DNA of 64,000 nucleotides from the NCBI GenBank assembly GCA_040899905.1, contig JBBDZX010000003.1, forward strand, positions 16,129-80,128, written 5' to 3'. The first letter of the stretch is position 1. Each line of letters begins with the position of its first letter. Both the position numbers and the translations under genes were made by a program. Shown here piece by piece: positions 45,337 to 54,570 of this stretch. Source of the stretch: Anaerolineales bacterium. Its GTDB lineage: Bacteria; Chloroflexota; Anaerolineae; Anaerolineales; E44-bin32. The notes beneath the pieces were generated by a model. It was not told the DNA's origin. It searched no databases and saw only the letters and a list, made by a program, of their open reading frames with translations.

Positions 45337-46851
45337 ATGTTTCAGAAAGTTCTGATCGCCAATCGAGGGGAGATCGCCGTCCGGGTCATCCGCGCCTGCC
45401 GCGAATTGGGCATGAGCTCCGTGGCCGTCTATTCCGAAGCCGACCGCGCTTCTCTCCATGTCCGCTATGCCGACGAGGCCTACTTACTGGGACCGGCGCC
45501 CGCGCGCGAATCGTACTTGCGCGGCGACAAGATCATCCAGCTCGCGCTGCAGTCGGGCGCGGGCGCGATCCATCCCGGCTATGGGTTCCTCGCCGAACGG
45601 GACGACTTTGCCCTGGCGGTCGTGCAGGCCGGACTCGTCTTCATTGGCCCGAGGCCGAGCGCGATCGCCGCCATGGGCGACAAGGCTGTGGCCCGCGCCA
45701 CCGTGACCGCGGCGGGTGTCCCCGTCATCCCCGGGACCGAAGGCGAGGGCAGCCTTTCGGACGACGAGATCCTGGCCATCGCCCCATCGATCGGGTTCCC
45801 GCTCCTGATCAAGGCGACAGCCGGAGGCGGCGGTAAGGGGATGCGCGAAGTGAACTCCCTGCAGGAGATGCCGGGTCTTCTGAAGTCCGCCCGGCGCGAA
45901 GCCGAGGCCGCCTTCGGCGACGGCAACGTCTACTTGGAGAAGGTGGTCACCCAGGCTCGCCATATCGAGTTTCAAATCCTGGCCGATAGTCAGGGCAATG
46001 TCATCCACCTCGGGGAACGGGAGTGCTCCCTGCAGCGCCGGCACCAAAAGTTGCTGGAGGAATCCCCCTCCCCGTTCGTGGGAGAGAATGAGGCCCTGCG
46101 GGAGAAGATGGGCGAAGTGGCCTGCCGGGCTGCGCGCTCGGTGGATTACCTGAATGCCGGGACGATTGAATTCTTGGTGGATCCGCAGGGCGCCTTTTAC
46201 TTCCTCGAAATGAACACCCGACTCCAGGTCGAACACCCGGTCACGGAAATGGTCACCGGGGTCGATGTCGTGAAAGAGCAGATCCGGATCGCCCGGGGCC
46301 GCAAGCTTCGTTACACGCAGGAGGATATTCGGCGCAACGGCTCGGCCATCGAATGCCGGATCAATGCCGAAGACCCGTACCAGGATTTCCGACCCTCCAC
46401 GGGGCAAATCACGCAGATCATCCCGCCGTCCGGGCCCGGCGTGCGTGTCGACACCGGCGTCTACCCCGGGTTCACGGTCTCGCCGTACTACGACTCTCTC
46501 ATCTCCAAGTTGATTTGCTGGGGCGAGACGCGAGCGGAGGCGATCCTGCGCATGCGGCGAGCCCTCGAGGAGTACCGGATCCTGGGGGTCAAGACGAACA
46601 TCCCGCTGCATCAAGAGCTGATGAATTCGCCGCGCTTCATGACCGGCCAATTCGACACGCGTTTCGTCGAAGAACGGTTCTCGCTCGAGGAGCCCGGTGA
46701 GGCCGCCGACTCCCGGCCGGACATCGCCGCCATCCTGGCCGCCCTGGTCACCCACCGCCAGGGGCAGCTCGCCTCCCAGATCGTCCGCCGTGGCGAACGC
46801 GACACCAGCAACTGGAAGTGGGTGGGCCGCTGGGAACGGATGCACCGCTGA
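45337..46851 (+). CDS. Biotin carboxylase subunit (stand-alone, no fused BCCP)
   Basis: [24 protein letters not shown]-grasp GGGGKGMR, and [14 protein letters not shown]. Confidence 0.92.
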   Translation: MFQKVLIANRGEIAVRVIRACRELGMSSVAVYSEADRASLHVRYADEAYLLGPAPARESYLRGDKIIQLALQSGAGAIHPGYGFLAERDDFALAVVQAGLVFIGPRPSAIAAMGDKAVARATVTAAGVPVIPGTEGEGSLSDDEILAIAPSIGFPLLIKATAGGGGKGMREVNSLQEMPGLLKSARREAEAAFGDGNVYLEKVVTQARHIEFQILADSQGNVIHLGERECSLQRRHQKLLEESPSPFVGENEALREKMGEVACRAARSVDYLNAGTIEFLVDPQGAFYFLEMNTRLQVEHPVTEMVTGVDVVKEQIRIARGRKLRYTQEDIRRNGSAIECRINAEDPYQDFRPSTGQITQIIPPSGPGVRVDTGVYPGFTVSPYYDSLISKLICWGETRAEAILRMRRALEEYRILGVKTNIPLHQELMNSPRFMTGQFDTRFVEERFSLEEPGEAADSRPDIAAILAALVTHRQGQLASQIVRRGERDTSNWKWVGRWERMHR

Positions 46852-46864
46852 GAGACTCGTCCCG

Positions 46865-47362
46865 ATGAAGTACATCGCCACGATCGAAGGCCGCGACTAC
46901 GAGATCGAGATCAACTCCGAGACGGAGGTGACGCTCGACGGCGAGCGCCTAACGCTGGACTTCCAGGCCGTGGCCGAGAACTCGGGGTATTCCCTGCTCG
47001 TCAACGGTCAGTCCTATGAAGCGTATCTCTACCCCACGGAAGGGGGCAGCCAGGTCTTAATGCGGGGGCGCTCTTACCTCGTCCAGGTAGTCGATGAACG
47101 TCAACGGCGCTTGCAGGAGAGCGCGGGGCCGCCACCGCTGACGGCCGGCGAGTTCCATTTGAAAGCTCCGATGCCCGGACTGGTAATCGGGGTCCCGGTG
47201 GAAGAGGGCCAACGGGTCGCGGCCGGGCAGAATCTGGTCATCCTGGAATCGATGAAAATGCAGAATGAGCTCAAAGCCCCGCGCGAGGGCGTGGTATCCC
47301 GGCTGCGAGTTCGGGCCGGCGACCGAGTGGAGCAAAACCAGCCCATGCTCACCCTCGGGTGA
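46865..47362 (+). CDS. Biotin carboxyl carrier protein (biotinyl domain)
   Basis: C-terminal [13 protein letters not shown] biotinylation motif. Confidence 0.85.
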   Translation: MKYIATIEGRDYEIEINSETEVTLDGERLTLDFQAVAENSGYSLLVNGQSYEAYLYPTEGGSQVLMRGRSYLVQVVDERQRRLQESAGPPPLTAGEFHLKAPMPGLVIGVPVEEGQRVAAGQNLVILESMKMQNELKAPREGVVSRLRVRAGDRVEQNQPMLTLG

Positions 47363-49059
47363 GGCACCCGCCCCGGCTCATGCCTGCCTCCGCCCCCGAC
47401 GCGAAGACTCCCACCCCTCTCGATCCGGATCTCGAACTCGCGTATCAAGAATGGCTGGGCCGGAATGGCCAGGCCGCGCTCCGCCGGCCGACCTTCGAGA
47501 CCTCGTCCTTCACCCTCGAACCGGTCTACCTGCCTTCACGCCTCGAGGACTATCCCCACCAACTGGGACTCCCCGGTGAATACCCATTCACCCGAGGCAT
47601 CCATCCCACCATGTACCGCGGGCGGCTCTGGACGATGCGCCAGTACGCCGGGTACGCCTCGGCCGACGAATCCAATCGACGCTACCGCTTCCTCCTCTCC
47701 CAAGGGCAGAACGGTCTGTCCGTCGCCTTCGATCTTCCGACCCAGATCGGCTTCGACGCCGATGACCCGGCGGCCCTCGGCGAGGTCGGCCGAGTCGGGG
47801 TCTCCATTTCAAGTTTGGAGGACATGACGCGGTTGTTGGACGGAATTCCGCTGGATCAGGTCTCGACCAGCATGACCATCAATGCTCCTGCGGCGATTCT
47901 CCTGGCCATGTACGTCGCCGCCGCCCGGCGCCAGGGCGTGGATGGGAAACAGCTCCGAGGCACCGTTCAAAACGACATCCTCAAAGAGTACATCGCCCGG
48001 GGGACCTACATTTTCCCTCCCGGCCCAGCCATGCGTCTGATCACCGATCTCTTCCGCTACTGTCGGACCGAGCTCCCTCGGTGGAACCCCATTTCGATCT
48101 CGGGCTACCACATCCGCGAGGCCGGTTCAACGGCCGTGCAGGAGGTCGCTTTCACCCTGGCCAACGCGTTGGCGTATGTCCGCGCCGCCCAAGCCGCCGG
48201 GATGACGGTGGATGAGCTCGCGCCGAACCTGACTTTCTTCTTCTCCGCGGATAACCAGTTTCTCGAAGAGATTGCCAAGTTCCGCGCCGCCCGCCGCCTG
48301 TGGGCCCGCCTGACACGCGATCGTCTCGGAGCCCGGGACCCCGACTCCTGGAAACTGCGTTTTCATGCCCAAACGGCCGGCTCAACCCTCACGGCCCAAC
48401 AGCCGGAGAACAATGTGGTCCGGGTCGCACTGCAGGCTCTGGCAGCCGTCCTTGGAGGAACCCAGTCGCTCCACACCAACAGCATGGACGAGGCGCTCGG
48501 CCTGCCCAGCGAAACGGCGGTCCGGGTGGCTCTCCGGACCCAGCAGATCCTCGCCTTCGAGTCGGGTGTGGCGGACACGATCGATCCTCTCGCCGGTTCG
48601 TACATGATTGAGAGCTTGACCGATTCGATCGAGCGCGGCGCGCAGGATTACCTCGATCGGATCGAGGATCTCGGCGGGGCTCTGGCGGCAATCGAGTCCG
48701 GGTTCTTGGAGCGCGAGATTCACGAGGCCGCCTACCGGGCTCAGCGGGCTGTCGACTCCGGCGAAGCGCAGGTGGTGGGGGTCAACGCGTTCCGCACGCA
48801 GGAGCCGACTCGCATTCGACCCTTGCGGCCGGACCCGGCAGTGGAAGCCTCCCAACGTTCTCGCCTGGCGAGCCTACGGAGCCGCCGAAATCCAGCGGCC
48901 GCCCAATCCGCACTCGAGCGGCTTGAGGCGGCAGCCTCCACCGACACAAATCTAATGCCCCTTCTCATCGAGGGGGTGGAAGCCGATCTCACACTCGGAG
49001 AGATTTGCGGCGCGTTGCGCCGGGTCTGGGGCGAGTATCAGCCGCGGGCCGTGTGGTGA
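47359..49059 (+). CDS. Methylmalonyl-CoA-mutase-type large (substrate-binding) subunit, Tyr/Arg signature
   Basis: [20 protein letters not shown], and [21 protein letters not shown]. 566 aa. No B12-binding domain. The GTG overlaps the upstream TGA. An alternative ATG lies at 47380. Confidence 0.88.
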   Translation: MRHPPRLMPASAPDAKTPTPLDPDLELAYQEWLGRNGQAALRRPTFETSSFTLEPVYLPSRLEDYPHQLGLPGEYPFTRGIHPTMYRGRLWTMRQYAGYASADESNRRYRFLLSQGQNGLSVAFDLPTQIGFDADDPAALGEVGRVGVSISSLEDMTRLLDGIPLDQVSTSMTINAPAAILLAMYVAAARRQGVDGKQLRGTVQNDILKEYIARGTYIFPPGPAMRLITDLFRYCRTELPRWNPISISGYHIREAGSTAVQEVAFTLANALAYVRAAQAAGMTVDELAPNLTFFFSADNQFLEEIAKFRAARRLWARLTRDRLGARDPDSWKLRFHAQTAGSTLTAQQPENNVVRVALQALAAVLGGTQSLHTNSMDEALGLPSETAVRVALRTQQILAFESGVADTIDPLAGSYMIESLTDSIERGAQDYLDRIEDLGGALAAIESGFLEREIHEAAYRAQRAVDSGEAQVVGVNAFRTQEPTRIRPLRPDPAVEASQRSRLASLRSRRNPAAAQSALERLEAAASTDTNLMPLLIEGVEADLTLGEICGALRRVWGEYQPRAVW

Positions 49060-49107
49060 GCCGCTCCGAGGAAGTACAATGCGGGCCATCACGATATAGG
49101 TAGAGCC

Positions 49108-49695
49108 GTGACCGAGCCTCGAGAATCGCGAGCCGTGGACCGAATCCGGCGTATCGACCACGTCGCCATCCTGGTGGATGACATTGACTCCGCCCTGCGC
49201 TTCTGGCGCGATGGACTCAATCTCCGCCTATCGCACGTGGAGGACGTCCCGGATCAGGAGTCGGTCGTCGCCTTCCTCCCCGCAGGCGAGGCGGAGATTG
49301 AGCTGGTCAAGCCGACCGCCGAGGAAAGCGGCGTCGCCCGGTACCTCGCGAAGAGGGGCCCCGGCTTGCACCATCTTTGCCTCGAAGTGGACGACCTGGA
49401 GGCGACGCTGGGACGTCTACAGAAGCTCGGCATCCGCCTGGTCAACCCGGAACCCGTGATCGGCACCGCGGGCAAGCGAATTGCCTTTATCCATCCCGAG
49501 AGCACCCATGGCGTGCTCGTGGAGCTGTACGAGACCACGCAGCTGGAGACCGAGATTCGCCTGGCGCGCGCCCGCACCCTGTCCGACCGGGTTCTCGAAC
49601 AGGGACAGGTGGTGGTCGCCGGGGTCCTGGGCTTCTTGCGAGGGCTCCGAAGCCAGTCGGACAATGGAGGCACCGGGTCCCCGCCTTTGAACTAA
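49108..49695 (+). CDS. mce: Methylmalonyl-CoA epimerase (VOC/glyoxalase fold) with a C-terminal extension of about 55 aa
   Basis: IDHVAILVDDIDSALRFW...GPGLHHLCLEVDD...HPESTHGVLVELYE. Confidence 0.85.
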   Translation: MTEPRESRAVDRIRRIDHVAILVDDIDSALRFWRDGLNLRLSHVEDVPDQESVVAFLPAGEAEIELVKPTAEESGVARYLAKRGPGLHHLCLEVDDLEATLGRLQKLGIRLVNPEPVIGTAGKRIAFIHPESTHGVLVELYETTQLETEIRLARARTLSDRVLEQGQVVVAGVLGFLRGLRSQSDNGGTGSPPLN

Positions 49696-49720
49696 GCTCC
49701 CCTCCCTTGCCGGAAAACAA

Positions 49721-49746
49721 TCCCGCCGTCCTCACGGACGGCGGGA
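49721..49746 (-). terminator. Intrinsic terminator (minus-strand U-tract), also a hairpin for the plus-strand gene
   Basis: TCCCGCCGTCC TCAC GGACGGCGGGA. The minus-strand reading is followed by TTGTTTTCC. Confidence 0.6.
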
Positions 49747-49773
49747 TCAAGAGGAGGAGGGATCCAGAAGATT

Positions 49774-50235
49774 TCAGGCTCGAACGCGCACCGTGCTGGG
49801 ATCGCCCGACTGCCGTTGTAGTCGCGTGGCCAATGAATGGGCCGCCACGGCCAGGCCCCCGGTCAAGCCAAGGCCAATCCCAATGGTGACGCCGGAATAC
49901 AGCGTGATAGCGACAGGTGCCAGGAGCAGGAAGGTGGCCGACGCGAACCCAGCCGAAGCTTCGATCGGCCCAGGGGCAAGCAGTGCGGCCAGGAGCCCAA
50001 GAGGGGCGAAAAGCAAGTAACCGAGGTGGATGAGGCCACGGCTGAATGGCGTCTGGAACCCCGCCAGAACCGCCAGGAAAAGGGCCATGCTCAGGCACCC
50101 CGACACGCACAGTCCTAGGGCTACCGCCCAGAACGCGGCTCCGGAGGGGACCGTCCCGAAATAGATCGAATGGAACCCCAATCCCACCAGAGGCCAGGCC
50201 GCTCCCATCAACACGATCGCATATTTCTTGGACAT
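49774..50235 (-). CDS. Hypothetical integral membrane protein (153 aa)
   Basis: ATG at 50235 (MSKKYAIVL) preceded by GGAGGGA. Five hydrophobic spans. Confidence 0.6.
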   Translation of the reverse strand: MSKKYAIVLMGAAWPLVGLGFHSIYFGTVPSGAAFWAVALGLCVSGCLSMALFLAVLAGFQTPFSRGLIHLGYLLFAPLGLLAALLAPGPIEASAGFASATFLLLAPVAITLYSGVTIGIGLGLTGGLAVAAHSLATRLQRQSGDPSTVRVRA

Positions 50236-50366
50236 TTCATTCCCTCCGTCGCCAGACACAGCCCGGCTCTTTTTCTCGACATTCATTTTGCCGCCGCTCT
50301 GCCAGCTGCGGGGCGGAATGCAAGCCGGCTGTAAGCCCCTTTGGAGCTGGGGGAGGATAGACCAGG

Positions 50367-50377
50367 TGTGCTATAAT
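50367..50377 (+). promoter_or_regulatory. Extended -10 promoter element TGTGCTATAAT
   Basis: Perfect TATAAT at 50372-50377 with a TGTG extension, 30 nt before the ATG at 50407. GGGAGGG Shine-Dalgarno sequence. Confidence 0.5.
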
Positions 50378-50406
50378 TTGCCGCTTTCAGGGCTCGGGAG
50401 GGTCTG

Positions 50407-52086
50407 ATGTTCGACCGGCAGAAGCTGGAGGAGCTGCGCCAGGCGGTCGAGCGCTGGGAGGAGACCAGCCTCCAACAGGCCCTCGGACGGCTCCCAGAAC
50501 GGCAGGACAAGTTCACCACCATCTCCTCCGAGCCGGTGGATCGCCTGTACACCCCCCTCGACATCGCCGATCTCGACTACCTTCGTGACCTGGGGCTGCC
50601 GGGTGAGTATCCCTACACCCGGGGAGTCCACCCCACCCTTTACCGGGGCCGGTCTTGGACCATGCGGATGTTTGCCGGCTTCGGGACGGCTGAAGAGACC
50701 AACCAGCGTTTCCGCTACCTGCTCAGCCAAGGGCAGACAGGCCTGTCGGTCGCTTTCGACCTACCCACATTGATGGGCTACGACACAGACGCTCCCGAGG
50801 CCCTTGGAGAATTCGGAACCTGCGGCGTGGCCATCTCTTCCCTGGAGGACATGCAGCTCCTTTTCCAAGGGATCCCCCTGGACGAGGTTTCCACGAGCAT
50901 GACGATCAACTCCCCGGCGGCCATCATCTGGGCTATGTACATCGCCGCGGCCGAGGCCCAGGGCGTGCCGCCGGAGAAGCTCCGCGGGACCCTTCAGAAC
51001 GACATCCTGAAAGAGTACATCGCGCAAAAGGAATACATCTTCCCTCCGGAGCCTTCGATGCGGCTGGTGGTGGACACCATGGAGTTCGCCAGTCGACACC
51101 TACCCCAATGGAATCCGATCTCGATCTCCGGCTACCATATCCGGGAAGCCGGTTCCACCGCAGCCCAAGAGCTCGCCTTCACGCTTTCGGATGGCCTCGA
51201 GTACGCGCGCTGGGGCATTCAACGCGGGCTTCCAATCGATTCCTTCGCGCCGCGCCTGTCCTTCTTTTTCAATGCCCACAATGATTTCTTCGAGGAGATC
51301 GCCAAGTACCGGGCGGCCCGCAGGATCTGGGCGCACGAGATGCGCGAGACCTTCGGCGCTATGGATCCGCGCTCCTGGCTCATGCGCTTCCACACGCAGA
51401 CCGCCGGGGTCAGCCTCACGGCGCAGCAGCCGGAGAACAATGTCGTCCGGGTCGCGATCCAGGCCCTGGCGGCCGTCCTCGGGGGCACCCAGTCGCTGCA
51501 TACCAACTCGATGGATGAGGCCCTCGCTCTTCCCTCGGAGCGGGCGGTCACGATCGCCTTGCGCACTCAGCAGATCCTGGCCGAGGAATCCGGGGTCGCC
51601 CACACGGTGGATCCGCTCGGCGGATCCTATTTCGTCGAGGCCATGACTGGCCGGATCGAGGATCAAGCCCGCGATTACTTTCGCCGCATCGCCGACCTCG
51701 GAGGGGTCCTGCCCGCCCTTCGGGCGGGGTTCTTCCAAAAGGAGATTGCGGATGCCTCCTATCGCTATCAGCAGGAGGTCGACGCTGGCGAGCGGTCGAT
51801 TGTCGGCGTGAACGCATTTACCGACGACACACCCACTCGAATCCCATTATTGGTCATGGATCCCGCCGGTTATGAGCGCCAGACCGCCCGACTGCGCTCG
51901 CTACGCAGCCGGCGGGACGCGGGCGCAGTCGGCCAGGCGCTTGACGGCCTTCGCCGGGCCTGCCAGGGGACGGAGAATACGATGCCTCACCTCATGCAAG
52001 CCGTTCGCACGCACGCCACGTTAGGCGAGATCATCGGCGTGATGAAGGACGTATTCGGGACCTACGAGGAGCCGGCGATCCTGTGA
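50407..52086 (+). CDS. Acyl-CoA mutase large subunit with isobutyryl-CoA-mutase-type Phe/Gln signature
   Basis: [10 protein letters not shown] and [21 protein letters not shown]. 559 aa. No B12-binding domain. Confidence 0.85.
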   Translation: MFDRQKLEELRQAVERWEETSLQQALGRLPERQDKFTTISSEPVDRLYTPLDIADLDYLRDLGLPGEYPYTRGVHPTLYRGRSWTMRMFAGFGTAEETNQRFRYLLSQGQTGLSVAFDLPTLMGYDTDAPEALGEFGTCGVAISSLEDMQLLFQGIPLDEVSTSMTINSPAAIIWAMYIAAAEAQGVPPEKLRGTLQNDILKEYIAQKEYIFPPEPSMRLVVDTMEFASRHLPQWNPISISGYHIREAGSTAAQELAFTLSDGLEYARWGIQRGLPIDSFAPRLSFFFNAHNDFFEEIAKYRAARRIWAHEMRETFGAMDPRSWLMRFHTQTAGVSLTAQQPENNVVRVAIQALAAVLGGTQSLHTNSMDEALALPSERAVTIALRTQQILAEESGVAHTVDPLGGSYFVEAMTGRIEDQARDYFRRIADLGGVLPALRAGFFQKEIADASYRYQQEVDAGERSIVGVNAFTDDTPTRIPLLVMDPAGYERQTARLRSLRSRRDAGAVGQALDGLRRACQGTENTMPHLMQAVRTHATLGEIIGVMKDVFGTYEEPAIL

Positions 52087-53156
52087 ACACGTCCATTTCC
52101 TCCACGGTGGTGAGGCCAGGTGGTCGTCGTCGGTGGACCCGGGCTCACATTCTCCTGGTCGCGGCCGCGGTCGCCTGTGTTTGTCCTGGCATTCCCGGGC
52201 AGGATCCGAACTCCATCGCCACCTCCGTGGCCGCCACACTGACCGCGGCGGCTCCACGGGTCGTCCCCAGCGCACCCTCGTCTCCGACCCCTCAGACCGG
52301 AATCTTGACCGGCCAGGTTTGCTACCCATCGGAGTCGATCCCACCCATGACCGCGTATTTCGAGGACACGTTAACCCACGCAGTGACCTCGCTGGCGATC
52401 GCGCAGGATCAAGGCAGCTATAGCGTAGATCTGCCCGCCGGCACCTATCACGCCTATGCGTGGGTGGCCGAATTCGGCATCGGCGGTTCCTACTCTCAGA
52501 TGGTCCCCTGCGGCCTGACGGCAGCCTGCACCGACCACAGCCTGATCGCGGTGAACGTCGCCGCGGGATCGATTACCGGCGGCGCCGACATTTGCGATTG
52601 GTATGGGGGACCGGATTCCGTGCCGACTCCGCCAGGCGCGCCCGCGCCCCCACCGCCAGGGGGTGTGAGCCTGAATTGCGACGACACGTACCAACGCGTC
52701 CGCCTGACGGACGCCGGGGTGGCTGGCCGCACCCTTTGGGTGGATTCCTGGGACGGCGGCGCTTGGGTGAATGTGTGGAGTGTCGCGGGTGGCGATCCCA
52801 ATATCCGGCAGATCGAGGAGGAGGCGGGCGCCTATCAGTTCCTAGGGTGCCCCACCCTCGTCGTGCTCCCCATTCGGTACTCAGGATCCGGAGCGTACCT
52901 GGAGCTTTCCGTCCAACAGTGGAATGGGGCCGGATTGACCCAGGTCTACCAACACGAGGGGACCCACGGCGTGTGGTCGAAGGCCGGGGCCACCATCCAA
53001 TTTGACGAGTCCCTCTACCTCTACAACGAACCCACCTGTTGCCCTTGCAACCACCAGACCCTTCGCCATACCTGGAACGGCGCCGCCTTTGTGGAGGAGG
53101 CCCCCACGATTACGCCGACGTTCACGGGGACGCCGCCAGCTGAGTGTTCCAGCTAA
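52083..53156 (+). CDS. Hypothetical exported / membrane-anchored protein
   Basis: The GTG overlaps the mutase stop (GTGA). N-terminal anchor [11 protein letters not shown]. Pro-rich linkers and Cys-containing beta-rich domains. Confidence 0.6.
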   Translation: MNTSISSTVVRPGGRRRWTRAHILLVAAAVACVCPGIPGQDPNSIATSVAATLTAAAPRVVPSAPSSPTPQTGILTGQVCYPSESIPPMTAYFEDTLTHAVTSLAIAQDQGSYSVDLPAGTYHAYAWVAEFGIGGSYSQMVPCGLTAACTDHSLIAVNVAAGSITGGADICDWYGGPDSVPTPPGAPAPPPPGGVSLNCDDTYQRVRLTDAGVAGRTLWVDSWDGGAWVNVWSVAGGDPNIRQIEEEAGAYQFLGCPTLVVLPIRYSGSGAYLELSVQQWNGAGLTQVYQHEGTHGVWSKAGATIQFDESLYLYNEPTCCPCNHQTLRHTWNGAAFVEEAPTITPTFTGTPPAECSS

Positions 53157-53165
53157 TAGAAGCGA

Positions 53166-53196
53166 AAGCTCTCCGGCATCGAGCCCGGAGAGCTTG
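53166..53196. terminator. Hairpin between convergent genes (no clear U-tract)
   Basis: AAGCTCTCCGG / CCGGAGAGCTT, an 11-bp stem. Confidence 0.35.
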
Positions 53197-53237
53197 GCGG
53201 GCTGGTGCGCCCAGAGATGTTCCTTCTCTGGGCGCTT

Positions 53238-53477
53238 TCAGTTTCGGGCGCTGAAATATCTCATGGCCTCGTCCATCAGCCGCTGGGTGTAGCCGAGGAA
53301 GCTTTCCCGGACGACGGGAGGCAGGGCCCGTAGGAAGAGATCCATGTCCTCGGCCAGTTCGGAGAACGAACACTGGGCGCAGTTCTCAAGCCATTCAATG
53401 GCATGCCGGCGATAAGGTTCTTGAAGGGAGTTGATGGTATCTGCCAGGACCGCGGCTTCGTTGACGGTTGCCGACAC
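53238..53477 (-). CDS. Hypothetical small protein (79 aa)
   Basis: GTG start preceded by GGAAAGAGG. The composition is consistent with coding. Confidence 0.5.
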   Translation of the reverse strand: MSATVNEAAVLADTINSLQEPYRRHAIEWLENCAQCSFSELAEDMDLFLRALPPVVRESFLGYTQRLMDEAMRYFSARN

Positions 53478-53603
53478 GTGGGCCTCTTTCCGTCAGCTTG
53501 GATTGGAGTCGGCTGACGAGATGGTGGCTCACGATGCAAGGATGGGGCCATCCCAATGTAGGGACTGTCGACCCGAGCTTGGCGGCGGAGCTGGCGTTGC
53601 GAG

Positions 53604-54569
53604 TCACCGGGCCAGGACCCGGGCCATCTCGTAGTAGTCGAGATTGGCCTGGCGGGACCGGCCGGCGACTTCTTCGAGGGGGATGGGCACCATCTCACGG
53701 CCGGATAAACCGACCATGGCTCCGCTGGTTCCGGACAGGAGCACTTCCACGGCCTTCACCCCCATGCGCGTGGCGAGCATCCGATCAAACGCGGTCGGAC
53801 TGCCGCCTCGCTGAACATGGCCCAGGATCGTAACCCGAGTGTCAAACCCGACCTTGAGGGCGTTCAACTGCTCGGAGACGTGCGCGGCTTTCACCGAAGC
53901 GCCCTCCGCGGCCACGATGATGGCATGCGTCTTGCCGCGGCCATACGCGTCCTCGATCGCGCTTGCGATTTCCTCCAAGCGTACCTCTTTCTCCGGGATC
54001 AAGACCACTTCGGCACCACAGATCACGCCGGCCATCAGCGCCAGATAGCCCGAGCGGCGGCCCATGGTCTCGATGAGAAACGCTCGCTGGTGGGAAGACG
54101 CGGTATCCCGGAGCTTGTCCACGGCCTCCATGATCGTGTTGAGCGCGGTGTCGACACCCAGGGACATATTCGTGCCCCAGATATCGTTGTCGATCGAGGC
54201 CGGGATCCCGACCGTGGGGAACCCGAGGCGGTGCAGCGCATACGCCCCCCGCATCGAGCCGTCGCCGCCGATCACCACAAGCCCCTCGATCCCCGACGCT
54301 TCCAACGTCTGAAGCGCAGCGTGCCGGCCCTTCTCCTCGAGGAACTCCGCGCAGCGGCCCGTGTGCAGGAAGGTGCCCCCGCGTTGCAGAATCCCTCCCA
54401 CCTCTCTTGCGCCCAGTGGGATGATGTCGCTCCGAAGGAGTCCTTCGAATCCCTGGCGAATGCCCATGACTTCCAAGCGATGGGCCAGCGCGGTGCGGAC
54501 GACGGCCCGAAGACACGGATTCATGCCGGGCGCGTCCCCACCCGAAGTCAACACGCCGATTCGATCCAC
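53604..54569 (-). CDS. pfkA: ATP-dependent 6-phosphofructokinase
   Basis: IGVLTSGGDAPGMN, VVIGGDGS, GIPASIDND, and ETMGRRSGYLA. Confidence 0.93.
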   Translation of the reverse strand: MDRIGVLTSGGDAPGMNPCLRAVVRTALAHRLEVMGIRQGFEGLLRSDIIPLGAREVGGILQRGGTFLHTGRCAEFLEEKGRHAALQTLEASGIEGLVVIGGDGSMRGAYALHRLGFPTVGIPASIDNDIWGTNMSLGVDTALNTIMEAVDKLRDTASSHQRAFLIETMGRRSGYLALMAGVICGAEVVLIPEKEVRLEEIASAIEDAYGRGKTHAIIVAAEGASVKAAHVSEQLNALKVGFDTRVTILGHVQRGGSPTAFDRMLATRMGVKAVEVLLSGTSGAMVGLSGREMVPIPLEEVAGRSRQANLDYYEMARVLAR

Positions 54570-54570
54570 G

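Noticed and set aside
50236-50406. Cobalamin riboswitch upstream of the B12-dependent mutase genes (also considered at 47359).
   Set aside because: The distance from the TGTGCTATAAT box to the ATG leaves a leader of only about 25 nt. The first mutase gene is translationally coupled to the upstream BCCP gene. There is no room for an aptamer of about 200 nt, and I saw no B12-box-like sequence.
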